Below are positions 41,281 through 58,898 of a DNA stretch of 64,000 nt, one piece after another. The number at the start of each line of letters is the position of its first letter. Position 1 is the first letter of the stretch. Origin of the DNA: the human T2T-CHM13v2.0 reference genome, Homo sapiens; assembly GCF_009914755.1 (NCBI RefSeq), contig NC_060948.1, one strand, 5' to 3'. A model generated the notes under the pieces. It saw nothing but the letters and a program-made list of their open reading frames with translations. It had not been told where the DNA came from and ran no database searches. Both the position numbers and the translations under genes were made by a program.

Positions 41281-41936
41281 TATACACTGAGGTGTGTACA
41301 CACACATGTATAAACGCACATTGGATATACAGATGTATATATAGAGAGAGAACCATATGCACAGAGTCATGTACTCATATGCCCCCCACTGCTGTGTCAC
41401 TGCGTACATTTTCAGAAATCCACCTATTTCTGAGTCGAGGAAGAACCTGCTCTCCCAGGGGTAAAGGGGTGTGCCGCTCCAGGATGACATGCCACCCTGG
41501 TGTTGACTCTTTCAGCCCCACACACAAACCCCACCCGCTGGGTCAGGGTTTACACCCTCTTCAGTGAATGTCCTGGATTTCCTGGAGAGGCTCAGCCAGG
41601 CAGGAGGGGACCAGGAGAGGCGCTGGCCATTCCTCCAGTTTGGTCACCAAGAGGTGGGTGGTTTCAGCCTGAAAGATGCACCTGCAGGACCTGTGGGTTG
41701 AGTAGATGGTGTCACCTGAGGGGCAGGGGATGACCAGCGTCCCTGGGTGGAGAGGGCTGCGTGGACAGTGCACTCATCCCACCTTGCTGCCCCTCAGTCG
41801 CCTGGCCACAGAGACTCCGGGTCCACCACATTGAACCCCCACTGCCACGATGCCCTTCACCCTTGACGTGAAAGTCCCTTCCTCACCTGAGCCCGCCAAC
41901 GTCTCTCCATCCTCACTTCCTCATCTCTGCCCCCAG

Positions 41937-42450
41937 TCTATCTACTTATCTATTTATCTATGTATCTATCTATCTACTATCTATGTATCTATCTATCTAC
42001 TATCTATCTATATCTATGTATCTATTATCTATCTATATCTATGTATCTATGTATTATCTATCTATATCTATCTATGTATCTATCTCTATCTACCTATCTA
42101 TCATCTATGTATCTATTTATCTATCTAGCTATCTATGTGTGTATCTAGTATCTATCTATCTAGCTATGTATCTATGTATTATGTATCTATCTTCTATCTA
42201 TATCTATCTATCTATGTATCTATCTATCTCTATCTATCATCTATGTATCTCTCTATCTAGCTATCTATGTATCTAGTATCTATCTATCTGGCTATCTATG
42301 TATGTATCTATGTATTATCTATCTTCTATCTATCCATCCATATATCTATCATCAGTCAATCAATCCTTTCATCGCTGTATCGCTCTATCCAGGTATCTTA
42401 TCTATTTATTTTTCTCTTTCTATATTTCTGTATCTCTAACTCATCTATAT
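41937..42450. repeat. Complex (TATC)n tract
   Basis: Direct reading. Confidence 0.93.
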
Positions 42451-42782
42451 ACAGTCATCCCTTGTTATCTGTGAGGGATTGGTTCCAGGACACACGACAG
42501 ATAATAGTAAAATTCATGGATGTGGCTGATAGAAAATGGTGTAGTATTTGCATATTAGCTATGCACATCCTTCCAAATACCTTCAATTGCCTCTATATTA
42601 CTTATAATACTTAATACAATGTAAGTGCTATGTAAATAGTTACTATACCATATTGTTCAGGGAATAATGTTTTAAAAAGTCTGTACATGTTCAGTACAGA
42701 TGCATTTTTTTCCAAATATTTTTCATCTGTGGTTGGTTGAATCCACGGATTTGGAAGCCACAGATATGAACAGCCAACTCTG
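42451..42782 (+). mobile_element. MER2, near full length
   Basis: cagtcatccct...ggattggttccaggac...tagttactataccatattg...ggttggttgaatccacggat. Confidence 0.88.
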
Positions 42783-43410
42783 TGTGAGTGTGTGGGTATA
42801 TATACATATGTATGTGTGTATACATGTATATGTATATATGTATGTGTGTATATGTGTATATATGTGCGTATAGATGTATGTGTGTATATATGTACATGTA
42901 TATATGTATGAGTGTATATATGTGTATATGTATATGTGCATTTATATGTATATATATGTGCATATATGTATGTGTATATATGTACACGTATATATGAGTA
43001 TATATGTGATTTGTATATATGTATGTGTATATATGTGCGTATGTATATGTATATGTGTGTATGTTTATATGTACATGTGTATATATGTACATGTGTGTAT
43101 ATATGTATATATGCATGTGTGTATATCTGTCTGCATGTACATGTATGTGTGTATATATGTATATGCACATATGTCTGCGTGTACATATGTGTGTATATAT
43201 GTATATGTTTATATGCACGTATGTACATGTATATATGTGTGTATATATGTACATGTATATATGTATGTGTGTATATATGTGTGTATATATGTATGTGTGT
43301 GCATATGTATGTGTATGTGTGTGTGTAGATATGTATATGTACGTGTGTATATATGTGTGAATATGTATGTGTGTATATATGTATATGTGTATTCGTGTAT
43401 GTATACACTA
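42783..43410. repeat. (TA/TG)n degenerate tract
   Basis: Direct reading. Confidence 0.93.
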
Positions 43411-44257
43411 CATTTATTCTATCTCATAATTATGTATAAAACATGTAAGACAGATGCTAATTGTTGCCGCTCACCTACCTACATTTTCTCTTTAAGAAAC
43501 ATACGGTTTCAGATTTTAAAATGAAACAGACTTGAAGCCATGTGGAAATTTTTGACTGAAGTTCTCCAGTGGCCAATTTCTGTTTAAAAAATGTAAAAAG
43601 ACCAAGGATTTCACACACTCCATCAGGCACCTAATAAAGAGACTCATGCATCTGTCAGTAACAGCAGCCCAGCAACCCAGCATTGCACGGTTAGAATATC
43701 TACTAGGAAGTGAAAAATAAATAACCGTTGTATCTGAACCTTTACAGGGTCTCAAACACCTGCCTGATTCACAATGGTGCATAATTCCAGTGATTTTCCA
43801 TTTATGAAGGTTCTTGGAGCACCTGGTCTCTCTTCCCTATGATCATGCAAAACCAGCTTTCAAAACCTTTTCATCGGCGGATTAAACAGATTCTCATTTC
43901 CCCTCTCCCTTAATACGTTCCAAGGTGTTTGAAAGAGTCGTGGATACATTTTAATTTTCTTAATCATAGTTTTGCGGCGAATTGTCACGTCACCGGGTTC
44001 ATTTGTTTGGAAGTGTATTGAAGCTTCCTCTTCTGTAACGTTATGAGATAATTGCTTTCTATCCAAATCCCATTCTGTGAATCCATGTGTCCAGTGGAGG
44101 GTGCCTGTACCCAAGCTAAGTTACTCTTTCAGCCCGGGAGGCTCTAAAATCCAAAGAATGCTTGCTTGTCTAAAACGTCCAGTTCAATATCTGGACCTTT
44201 GCTTTTTCTTTTCTTTTTTATTTTTAACCAGTAGCCTAGTTAGAAGGTCCCTTTCTC

Positions 44258-44870
44258 TTTATTTTTATTTTACTTTAACTTCTGGGATACATGTGCAGAA
44301 TGTGCAGGTTCGCTACAGAGGTATACATGTGCCATGGTGGTTTGCTGTACCTGTGAACCCGTCATCTAGGTTTTAAGCCCTGCATGCATTAGATATTTGT
44401 CCTAATGCTCTCCCTCCCCTTGCCCCCCACCCCCTGACAGGCCCCTGTGTGTGATGTTCCCCTCCCTGTGTCCATGTGTTCTCATTGTTCAACTCCCACT
44501 TATGAGTGAGAACATGCAGTGTTTGGTTTTCTGTTCTTGTGTTAGTTTGCTGAGAATGATGGTTTCCAGCTTCATCCATGTCCCTGCAAAGGACATGAAC
44601 TCATTCTTTTTGATGGCTGCATAGTATTCCATGGTGTATATGTGCCACATTTCTTCATCCAGTCTATCATTGATGGACATTTGGGTTGGTTCCAAGTCTT
44701 TGCTATTGTGAATAGTGCTGCAATAAACATACGTGTGCATGTGTCTTTATAGTAAACTGATTTATAATCCTTTGGGTGTATACCCAGTAATGGGATTGCT
44801 GGGTCAAATGTATTTCTGGTTCTAGATCCTTGAGGAATCGCCACACTGTCTTCTACAATGGTTGAACTAT
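44258..44870 (-). mobile_element. L1PA 3' end (about 610 bp)
   Basis: gggatacatgtgcagaatgtgcaggtt...ccttgaggaatcgccacactgtc. Confidence 0.93.
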
Positions 44871-45132
44871 TTTTCATATCGTTTCTATTGCATAAGCACT
44901 TTCTTAAATAAAAAAAGTTTTATTCCTCCTTCCCAATATGTAGGCATTTTCTTAGCTTTTTTGAATTGCACTAGAGGGTCCTACAGTTTGCTTTTGTGTG
45001 AGACAGGACACTTTGCTGTGCTCCTGATCTTACCAGGAAGGCATTTAGCCCTTCCCTGCTAAGTATAATCAATAGCTGTCAGTTTGTAATGTGCTTTATA
45101 AGGTGGAAGAAATTGTCTCTATTCCTACTTTA

Positions 45133-45134
<2 letters not shown>

Positions 45135-45190
<56 letters not shown>
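45135..45190. repeat. (AT)n microsatellite
   Basis: Pure run of about 28 units. Confidence 0.97.
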
Positions 45191-45193
<3 letters not shown>

Positions 45194-45364
45194 AACATGA
45201 ATGTGTACATTTGTCAACTGTCTTTTTGGCATTTACTGTAATCATATGCTTTTAATTCTTTATTCTGTTGTCATGGTGAGTTACCTTGATCTGCTTCAAA
45301 GGCTGAGCCAACCCACATTTCTGGGATAGATTCTTTCCTTCCCCAACCCTTGGTCATGAAATAT

Positions 45365-45472
45365 TCTCTTCTCCTCTCCTCTCTCCTCTCTTCTCCTCTC
45401 TCCTCTCCTCTCTCCTCTCCTCCCTCCTCTCCTCTCTCCTCTCCTCTCCTCTCCCCTCCCCTCTCCTCTCCT
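45365..45472. repeat. (CTCCT)n tract
   Basis: Direct reading. Confidence 0.92.
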
Positions 45473-45547
45473 TTTCGGTGTGTGATGTTCCCCTCCCTGT
45501 GTCCATGTGTTCTCATTGTTCAACTCCCACTTATGGGTGAGACTCTC

Positions 45548-45861
45548 TTTTCTTTCTTTTCTTTTCATTTATGTTTTTGAGACGGAGTCTCACTCTTGTC
45601 ATCCAGGCTGGAGTGCAGTGGCGCGATCTCAGCCTCACTGCAACCTCCGCTTCCCGGATTCAAGCGATTCTCCTGCCTCAGCCTCCCGAGTAGCTGGAAT
45701 TACAGGCACCCAGCAGCACATCTTGCTAATTTTTGTTATTTTTAGTAGAGACGGGGTTTCGCCATGTTGACCAGGATGGTCTCAATCTCTTGACCTGGTG
45801 ACCCGCCTGTCTCGGCCTCCCAAAGTGTTGGGATGACAGGTGTGAGCCACTGCACCCGGCC
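45548..45861 (-). mobile_element. AluS
   Basis: Antisense dimer. Confidence 0.93.
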
Positions 45862-46953
45862 AATACTATTGTTTTAGTACTGGTGGTATTAATCTGTCAA
45901 CATCTTGCGAAGCCAGCATTCCCTGGATACTAACACCAGACTAGGACATTGTCAGACTCTAAAACGAATGGCAAAGATTCCTCATGAGCAAATATACAAA
46001 AAGTCTTTAATATAATGGGCTGAGAAGTATATGCTTCCATTTTCTGGAAGCATTTCTATAGCATTGAGGTTTTTTTTTTCTTGAATAATTGGTAGAATTT
46101 ACCTGTACAGCTGTTTGGGGTTGGAGTTTTCTTTGGGAGTATTTAATGGCAAATTCATTTACCTTATTCGATATATAAGAGAGCAGTGAGTGAGCTGAGC
46201 CTCTTTCAAACCAGAACCCCTGTGGGATCCCAAGACCTTCCACTGAGCCAGATGCTGGAATCCACCTCAGTACCCCACGGAACTCAAAGAACAGGCTTAA
46301 ACAGTGAGAAAAACACCCTTTCGAGTCAGATTAAAAACTGGGACATTTCCATGTTTCTGTTTGACGCCATTTGGTGCGTGTATAAATATAATCTCAAGGG
46401 ATAACTTCCAGTTCCAGGCAGAGCAAAGGACCATGACGTCTCAGCCCAGAGAGAAAGGCTTTGAATATCTGCCATCCTCTCAGGAAAAAATAAAGGCGTT
46501 TTTCCATAGTTCCCTTCCGACTTATCTTCCCCTTGACATATTGCATCAAATGCTTTAAAATTTTATTTTTGGTGTTGGCTCATGACTCACATCCATGCTT
46601 CAATGTCTGAAATCTAATTAATATTCTCTGAGTCCCCCTGTTGAGTTAGCCTGAAGTCCCAGCCTTTGAGCAGTGCTCAGATGTTACAGGAAGAAGAAAG
46701 TAATCGAAACTTGGTGAGTTTGAGACACTTTTGAAATGTTCCTCTGCGTTTAGAGATCCTGCTAGTTCTCATCTCTTGCCAGTTCCAAAGTGTAACACAT
46801 TCTGCTTCCCTGAGCTAATAAAAATCAATTTCTGCTGCTCACAGTTTGTCTTTCTCAGAAAGACGGGTCTCAGGCTATTTGTCTTGGCCAGGTGCCACAG
46901 AAGTAACCGCAGGGAGAAACTGGTCTTGGATGTTCTGCCCGTAAGATTAGTCA

Positions 46954-47251
<298 letters not shown>

Positions 47252-47268
47252 TTAATCATCTCCTGGGT

Positions 47269-47580
47269 TTTTTGTTTATTTTTATTTTTATTTTTTTTGA
47301 TATGGAGTCTCACTCTCTGTCGCCCAGGCCGGAGTGCAGTGTCGCGATCTCAGCTCACTGCAACCTCCGCCACCCAGGTTCAAGCGATTCTCCTGACTCA
47401 GCCGCCTGACTAGCTGGGACTACAGGCACATGCCACCATACCTGGCTAATTTTTGTATTTTTAGCAGAGATGGGGTTTCACCATGTTGGCCAGGCTGGTC
47501 TCGAACTGCTGACCTCAAGATCCGCCCGCCTCAGCCTCCCCAAGTGTTGGGTTTACAGGCGTGAACCACTGTGCCTGGCC
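47269..47580 (-). mobile_element. AluS
   Basis: Antisense dimer. Confidence 0.94.
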
Positions 47581-47659
47581 AGAATGATCTGGTTTTAAAC
47601 ATCAATACTGCTGAGGTTGAGAAAATCTTCTTTAGCATGAGAGACTCAGTCTACATATT

Positions 47660-48673
47660 CTCTCTCTGTCTTTCATCTGTCACTATTGTTACTATTCTAT
47701 CTGTTCATCTATCTATTAATATCTACATATCTTCTATATATCATCTATTATCTAACATCTACCTATATCTATATATCATGTATTATCACGTATCTATCCA
47801 TTGTCTATTTCTGTCATTTATCATTCTGTGTATTGATCATCTTTTTTTCTATCATCTATGTAACTCATCTATCATCTGTCATGTCTATCATCTATCTATT
47901 TTTCTATCATCTGTGCATTGATCGATCTAGCATCTATTATCCCTCTCTATCATCTATTGATCTATCTACATATCTATCCGTCTACCTACTTAGCATCTAT
48001 CTGTCATCTATTGGTCTTTCTACATATCTACCTACCTACCTACCTACTCAGCATCTATGTATCTGTGTATCCATCTATCATCTATTGATCTTCCTACATA
48101 TCTACTTACCTACCTACTCAGCATCTATGTATCTATCTATCATCTATTGATCTCTCTACATATCTACCTACTAACCTACTCAGCGTCTATGTATCTATGT
48201 ATCTATCTATCATCTATTGATCTCTCTACATATCTACCTACCTACCTACTCAGCGTCTATGTATCTTTGTATCTAGCTATCATCTATTGATCTATCTACA
48301 CATCTATCTACCTACTTAGCATCTATCATCTATTGACCTATCTATATATCTATCTACCTACCTACTCAGCATCTATTATCTATCATCTATCTATCATCTA
48401 TCTAATCTATCTATTGTCTATTGATCTATCTACACATCTATCTACCTACCTAGTTAGCATCTATCATCTGTTATCTATCTACATATGTGTCTACCTATCT
48501 ACTTAGCATCTATCTATCATCTATTGATCTATCTATATATCTATCTATCTACCTACTTAGCATCTATCTCTGTATCATCTATTGATCTATCTACATATCT
48601 ACCTACCTATCTACTTAGCATCTATCTATCACCTATTGGTCTATCTACATGTCTATATACCTACCTCCTTAGC

Positions 48674-48720
<47 letters not shown>

Positions 48721-48910
48721 ATCTATTGATCCATCTACTTGTCTATATACCTACCTCCTTAGCATCTATCTAATCTATCATCTGTCTATCTATCTATCTA
48801 TCCAGCTATCTCTCATCTATTTACCTAAGTATTCTCTCTCTCTCTCTCTCTCACTCTTGCTCTCTCCCCCTTGCTCTCTCCCTACTACCTATCTATTATA
48901 TATCTATCTA
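47660..48910. repeat. Long complex (TATC)n tract
   Basis: Recurring super-unit catctattgatctatctacatatctacctacctactcagcatct. Confidence 0.93.
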
Positions 48911-49249
48911 TGGCAGTTGCTAGCAACCAGGTACGATGTTTTGCCCTAGGGCACATTTGGCAATGTCTGAACATATTCTTGGTGTCACAAGGCTGTTTGG
49001 CACATCTTGTGTAATTATGAATTTCCCAGAACATAGGCTTTTATCAGGAAATCCTCATGGTTCTGCCCTCAGCATGTATCCCACAGGTGAGTACATTATG
49101 ACCTCTAGGGTGCCCAGTGAAGTCTCAGCCCTCCACCACACACCCTGTGCTTGACTTTTGAAGCCATCTCTTCCTGGTCTTTCTGCCTCTTACCTGACCC
49201 TTGGTCTATCAACTGTAGATAATCCTGGGGAATAATCATGCTGTTACCT

Positions 49250-49625
49250 GAGTGGGCTGCTTTGAAGAATGTGTCCCAAATCCATCCAACGGGAACCTCA
49301 GAATGTGACCTTATTCGGAAATAAGATTTTTGCTGAAGTGATGAGTTAACACAACATCATATTGGAGGTGCATGGGCCTTAAGTCCAATGACAGGTGTCC
49401 TCACAAGAGACAGAAGAGGAGACACAGACACAGACGAGGAGGCCACATGGACATGGCGGCAGAGACTGGAATGATGTGGCCACAAGCCCATGGATGCCTG
49501 CCACCCCCAGGAGCTGGGAGAGGCAGGAAGGATCCTCCCCTAGAACCTCCAGAGGGAGCTCAGCCCTGAGACACATTCAGTTCAGACTTGTGGTCTGCAG
49601 GACTGGGAGAGGATACATTTCTGTT
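49250..49625 (+). mobile_element. MLT1B/C-type LTR, same variant as at 11016-11615
   Basis: gagacagaagaggagacacagacacag...ggagctgggagaggcaggaaggatcctcccctaga. Confidence 0.85.
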
Positions 49626-50545
49626 CTACCTGTCTGACTATCATCTATCTATCATCTCTATTTATCTATCACCTCTATCTATCTATCGTCTATCCCTCAT
49701 CTCCATCTATCTATTATCTATCGACCTATCATCAATCTATCATCTATTATCTATCTATGTATCTATCTATCCTTTCCATCTATCATGTCTATTTATCTAA
49801 CCTGTCTATTATCTATGTATCTCTCACCTCCATCTATTATCTATCGATCTATCATCTATCATCTATGTATCTCTCATCTCCATCTATTATCTATTATCTA
49901 TTGATCTATCATCGATCATGTGTTATCTGCCTATCTATCATCTATTATCTGTCTCTCATCTCCATCTATTATCTATCGATTTATCATTTATCTATCATCT
50001 ATTATGTGTCTATCTATCCTTTCCATCTATCATCTCTATTTATCTATCCTATCTATGTACCTCTCATCTCCATCTATTATCTATCGATCTATCATCCGTC
50101 TATCATCTATGTATCTCTCATCTCCATCTATTATCTATCGATCTATCATCTATCTATGATCTATGTATCTCTTATCTCCATCTGTCTATTATCTATCTAT
50201 TGCCTATTGATCCATCATTATCTGCCTATCTATCATCTATTATGTATGTATCACTCATCTCCATCTATTTTCTATAGATCTATCATGTATCTATCATCTA
50301 TTATGTATCTATCTATTATCTATGTATCTCTTATCTCCATCTATTATCTATTTTCTATAGATCTATCATCTATCTATCATCTATTATGTACGTATCTCTC
50401 ATCTCCATCTATTATCTATAGATCTATCATGTATCTATCTTCTATTATCTATCTATCTATCTATCTATCCTTTCCATCTGTCTATCATCTATTATCTATC
50501 TATCTATCTATCTACCCTTTCCATCTATCCATCATCTATCATTTA
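49626..50545. repeat. Long complex (TATC)n tract
   Basis: Recurring super-unit ctctcatctccatctattatctat(c/a)gatctatcat. Confidence 0.93.
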
Positions 50546-51003
50546 CTGTGGTGTCCCCAGGATCACCCCCTGGGCTCTCATCAACAATGAGAATGAATCC
50601 CAGTGGACATCCTTTTGTTCAGGGTCTCCGGACACCATCTCTGGACACCCTCCTCTTTTCTAACTCAAACTGCCACAGACCAAGATAAACATTTCAGCTG
50701 GAATTTCCACTTTGTGACCCTGGAGGAAGAATTTCCTATCCTTCAGGTCCCAGTCTTGATTTAGTCATTTCTGCTGGCTGATTGCTCTGTGATTTGTTAA
50801 TTACCCACTTGCTCTTCAGTGACCACAATTTAATCTCAACTTAACAGGGTCGCGCTCCATACTCAGACCTTGGCGGATGTTTTCTTACTGACCAAAGACT
50901 GGATTTCTCAGGCATGTGTTTTCAGACACTGCTCAGAATCTACAGGCAGGAATGGCAGAGCTAATTTCAGGTCTTAGGAGCTCAGCACAAAATTAGGTAG
51001 TGA

Positions 51004-51335
<332 letters not shown>

Positions 51336-51610
51336 CCAGAGTCAATTCTGATCATTCAGCGTGTAGAACAGCTCAGGAACCATGGATCTGGCTTGGTGTT
51401 TGCAGCCACCAGGTGCTTTCTCTATAGGCTGGTCCCCTTCCCATCTCTTCTTGTGGACTGGATTTGACCCCCTACCACCGCTCAGAGACACAGGTGGAAG
51501 CTCTGAGTCCACCATTACGACTGTATTTGGAGACAGGGTCTGTGAGGAGGTAACTGAGGTCAAATGTGATCATAAGTGTGGGGTTGTAACCTGGTAGAAT
51601 TGTGTCTTTA

Positions 51611-53926
<2,316 letters not shown>

Positions 53927-54032
53927 AACTTTTGGCTTTCTTTTCTGGTAGGATCCAAACGTTTTCACGGGTTGGTGCCATTTTATTCTGTTGTTAGCAA
54001 GCATCTATGACCTGTGGTGAGTTACTCCTAAG

Positions 54033-54210
54033 CAGTGGCTCTGAACTCTGGGTGCACAAAGGCATTTTATGGGAGCTTTTAGAAAATACTGAGGCTAGGA
54101 TCCACCCCCAGAGACCCACGTTTATTTGATGGGAGGTTTCGGCTGGGTAACAGGAGTCCTAAGGTATCAGCAAGGGGTGGTGAAATGCAGAGAGTTTGAG
54201 AAACCGCTGA
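54033..54210. mobile_element. MER5A-like
   Basis: cagtggctctgaac...gagcttttagaaaatact...tttgagaaaccgctg. Confidence 0.65.
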
Positions 54211-54431
54211 GCTAGCCAGGTGTTCTGCACCTTAACTCCGCCATCCCTAGTGGGTTGGGGGTGCCCTCAGGAGTCAGTGAGGAGCCTCCAGTTTGGACGC
54301 GGCTTCAGCAGCTTGGCTGCAAGACATCCCATCAATACAGGCCAGCCAAGATGAATCAATTTTCAGTTGCCTGTGGCCAGCTGCCCTGCAAAGCCAATTT
54401 GTAATCTGATCCCGTCCTTGTCCGGGGGAGC

Positions 54432-54498
54432 TTTCTTTTTTTTTTTTTTTTTTTTTTTGAGACAGAGTCGTGCTCTGTCACCAGGTTAGAATGCAGTG
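54432..54498 (-). mobile_element. Extremely 5'-truncated Alu (about 40 nt plus tail)
   Basis: T tract then gagacagagtcgtgctctgtcaccagg...gcagtg, flanked by agctttc. Confidence 0.8.
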
Positions 54499-54814
54499 AA
54501 GCTTTCAAATTTCCCTGGGATGCCTGGAAGCCTGTGGAGACAGAGAGGCTGTTTCTGTAGGGTTACCCGGTGGCCGCGCCAAAATGCTCAGCTCTGCGTT
54601 TCGGGGGGCCGGCATCCCCTGAGACTCAGTGAGAAAAGAAAACAAGGGCTAGAAGGAGGGTTAGTGGGACGGGTGAGAGGCTGTTTCAGTCATGGTATTC
54701 TGCAGTGTGCTGGCATACAAAATGCAGCATAGTGTCATGCTTTGTGTTATATGTACTTTATAACACCTATAAAACATCTATAAGATGCGGAATATATAAT
54801 CGTGCAATTGTTTA

Positions 54815-55238
54815 AAAAGATATATATATATAATATATATTATACATGGGATATATATGTTATAAAGTATATATAAAGATATATATTATATATAAAATAT
54901 ATATTTATAAAGACACGTATCTTTATATATAAAAGATATATATTTATCCATAAAGACATCTTTATATATTAAAGATATATCTATTTATAAAGACATATAT
55001 CTTTTATATATATAAAAGATATATATTTATAAATAAAGACATATATCTTTATACATATAAAAAGATATATGTCTTTATTATATATTATATATATCTTTAT
55101 ATATATTATATATCTTTATTATATATATTATATATAAGATATACATTTATAAATATATATCTTTTATATATATAAAAGATATATATTTATAAATAAAGAT
55201 ATATATCTTTATATATATATTAAAGATATACATATATA
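54815..55238. repeat. AT-rich low-complexity tract with palindromic units
   Basis: Repeated aaaga(c/t)atatatcttt. Confidence 0.92.
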
Positions 55239-55527
55239 TTTTTTCTTTTGCAGGAGTCTCGCTCTGTCACCCAGGCTGCAGTGCAGTGGCGCAATCTTCA
55301 CTGACTGCAACCTCTGCCTCCCAGGTTTAAGCAATTCTCCTGCCTCAGCCTCCTGAGTATCTGGGACTACAGGCACCCGCCACCATGCCTGGCTAATTTT
55401 TGTATTTTTAGTAGAGACAGGGTTTCACCGTGTTAGCTAGGATGGTCTCAATCTCCTGACCTCGTGATCCACCCACCTTGGCCTCCCAAAGTACTGGGAT
55501 GACAGGCGTGAGCCACCTCACCCGGCC
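55239..55527 (-). mobile_element. Alu (Sc/Y-like)
   Basis: Antisense dimer. Confidence 0.92.
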
Positions 55528-55844
55528 TATATGTGTTTTATTATATATATTATACACAGAATAGTTCAACTTTGTAGAAAAAAATTAGATTTTCCCACCT
55601 TGCATACAGATATACATATATTCTATCCTCCAGGATAGTTACCATATTATACATTATAACATATCATGTGTTATGTATAAAGTATGATATGGTATATGTT
55701 TGCATATCCAGTAGTGCAATTTATAGAAAATATAAGGTTTTTCCAGATTGCAATATGGATGTATGTATATCTTATTATATATCATATTGTCTACAATAGT
55801 TATATGTGCATAATAGTAAATACAATATGTAATACAGATAATGC

Positions 55845-55894
<50 letters not shown>

Positions 55895-55919
55895 GCTATA
55901 TGATAGAATATATAATAGT

Positions 55920-56274
<355 letters not shown>

Positions 56275-56744
56275 TCAAATTACATTATCTGCAATAGAAA
56301 TCATATTAGTATGTATAACACTCTATAACATATATAGTTATGTGTATAATGGATAATGTATAATACATAGTTATATAAGTTATGTCTATATAACACACAT
56401 GTGTACATATAACACCCATACATGTAAGTATATAACACATATATGTGTATATGACACACACATACGTGTATATGATGCATATACATATATGTATATAAGA
56501 CATATATATATATATATGGGTTCACATAGAGGGTTTTGGCTTGGAGCTGGGCTCTTCAGCGAGCTGCTTCCAGCAGTGAATGGGACACGCACCCTGCACC
56601 ACAGGCTCATGTGTATTAGAAATATTACTCAGTGCCCAGCACAGCACATCCCTGGGCTGGGGTGAGTCAATGGTGGGAGCTGCAGGCAGGGTGCACAGTG
56701 AGAGAGACCCTGATCCGGACCACTCAGCAAGGGCATGGTACAAT

Positions 56745-57800
<1,056 letters not shown>

Positions 57801-57961
57801 GATGAAAAAAATAACTCTAGTCGTGTTCTCCAGGGTTTAGAACAGCGGCAGAATAGGCAAGCTCATGCCTTGCAAATGGTGAGACCCTTTTTGACAAGTT
57901 GTTGGACAGCAATTCCTTTTCCATGAGATTTTTTTTTTTCCTAAGGATAAAAATGGAAAAT

Positions 57962-58259
<298 letters not shown>

Positions 58260-58611
58260 GGCAAATGAAACATTAAGGATCAGACTGAGTTGCCGTGCCA
58301 TTTATACATGGAGAAAACTCCAGAGGGATCTCATGTCCAAGGACCAGGACACAGCCAGGTAACAGCAAAGCTTCCATGCAACTGACAGGGTGAAAAAAAT
58401 AGCGTGGATGGTCCCCACCGAGAAAGAAACCCAACACATTTTCCAGTGGAGAAAATGGGACTGGTGGGAGAACATCACGACGACGACGGTGCAGCAACTC
58501 AATCTACGCGCAGAGGTTATCTGGATTCAGCAGAAAAGGAAGGTGGCAGGTGTGACCGGTTTGCGTTTCATAAATATTTGCAACGCTTTTTAATTAATTA
58601 GTTAGTTTACT

Positions 58612-58898
58612 ATTTTTGAGATGGAGTTTCGCTCTTGTTGCCCAAGCTGGAGGGCGGTGGCGCGATCTCGGCTCACTGCAACCTCTGCCTCAGCTTCATG
58701 CAATTCTCCTGCCTCAGCCTCCTGAGTAGCTGGGATTACAAGCGCCTGCCAGCACGCCCGGCTAATTTTTGAATTTTTAGTACAGATGGGGTTTCTCCAA
58801 ATTGGCCAGGCTTGTGTCAAACTCTTGACCTCAGGTGATCTGCCCGCCTCGGCCTCCCAAAGTGCTGGGATTACAGGTGTGAACCACTGCACCTGGCC
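58612..58898 (-). mobile_element. AluS
   Basis: Antisense dimer with a small deletion. Confidence 0.92.

Noticed and set aside
40386-43524. Long Y/L/S/I- or H/T/Y-rich ORFs (also 36361-37049 and 47571-50590)
   Set aside because: Translations of GATA/TATC and TA/TG simple repeats.
44373-44877. ORFs resembling the L1 ORF2 C-terminus (also 25094-25288 and 52276-52680)
   Set aside because: Truncated, disrupted L1 relics; non-autonomous.
58270-58600. Possible coding exon in unique sequence (also 18300-19050, 28340-29150, 33500-34100, 43410-44250)
   Set aside because: Only short ORFs with no recognisable protein family or convincing splice pair. lncRNA exons cannot be excluded without transcript data.
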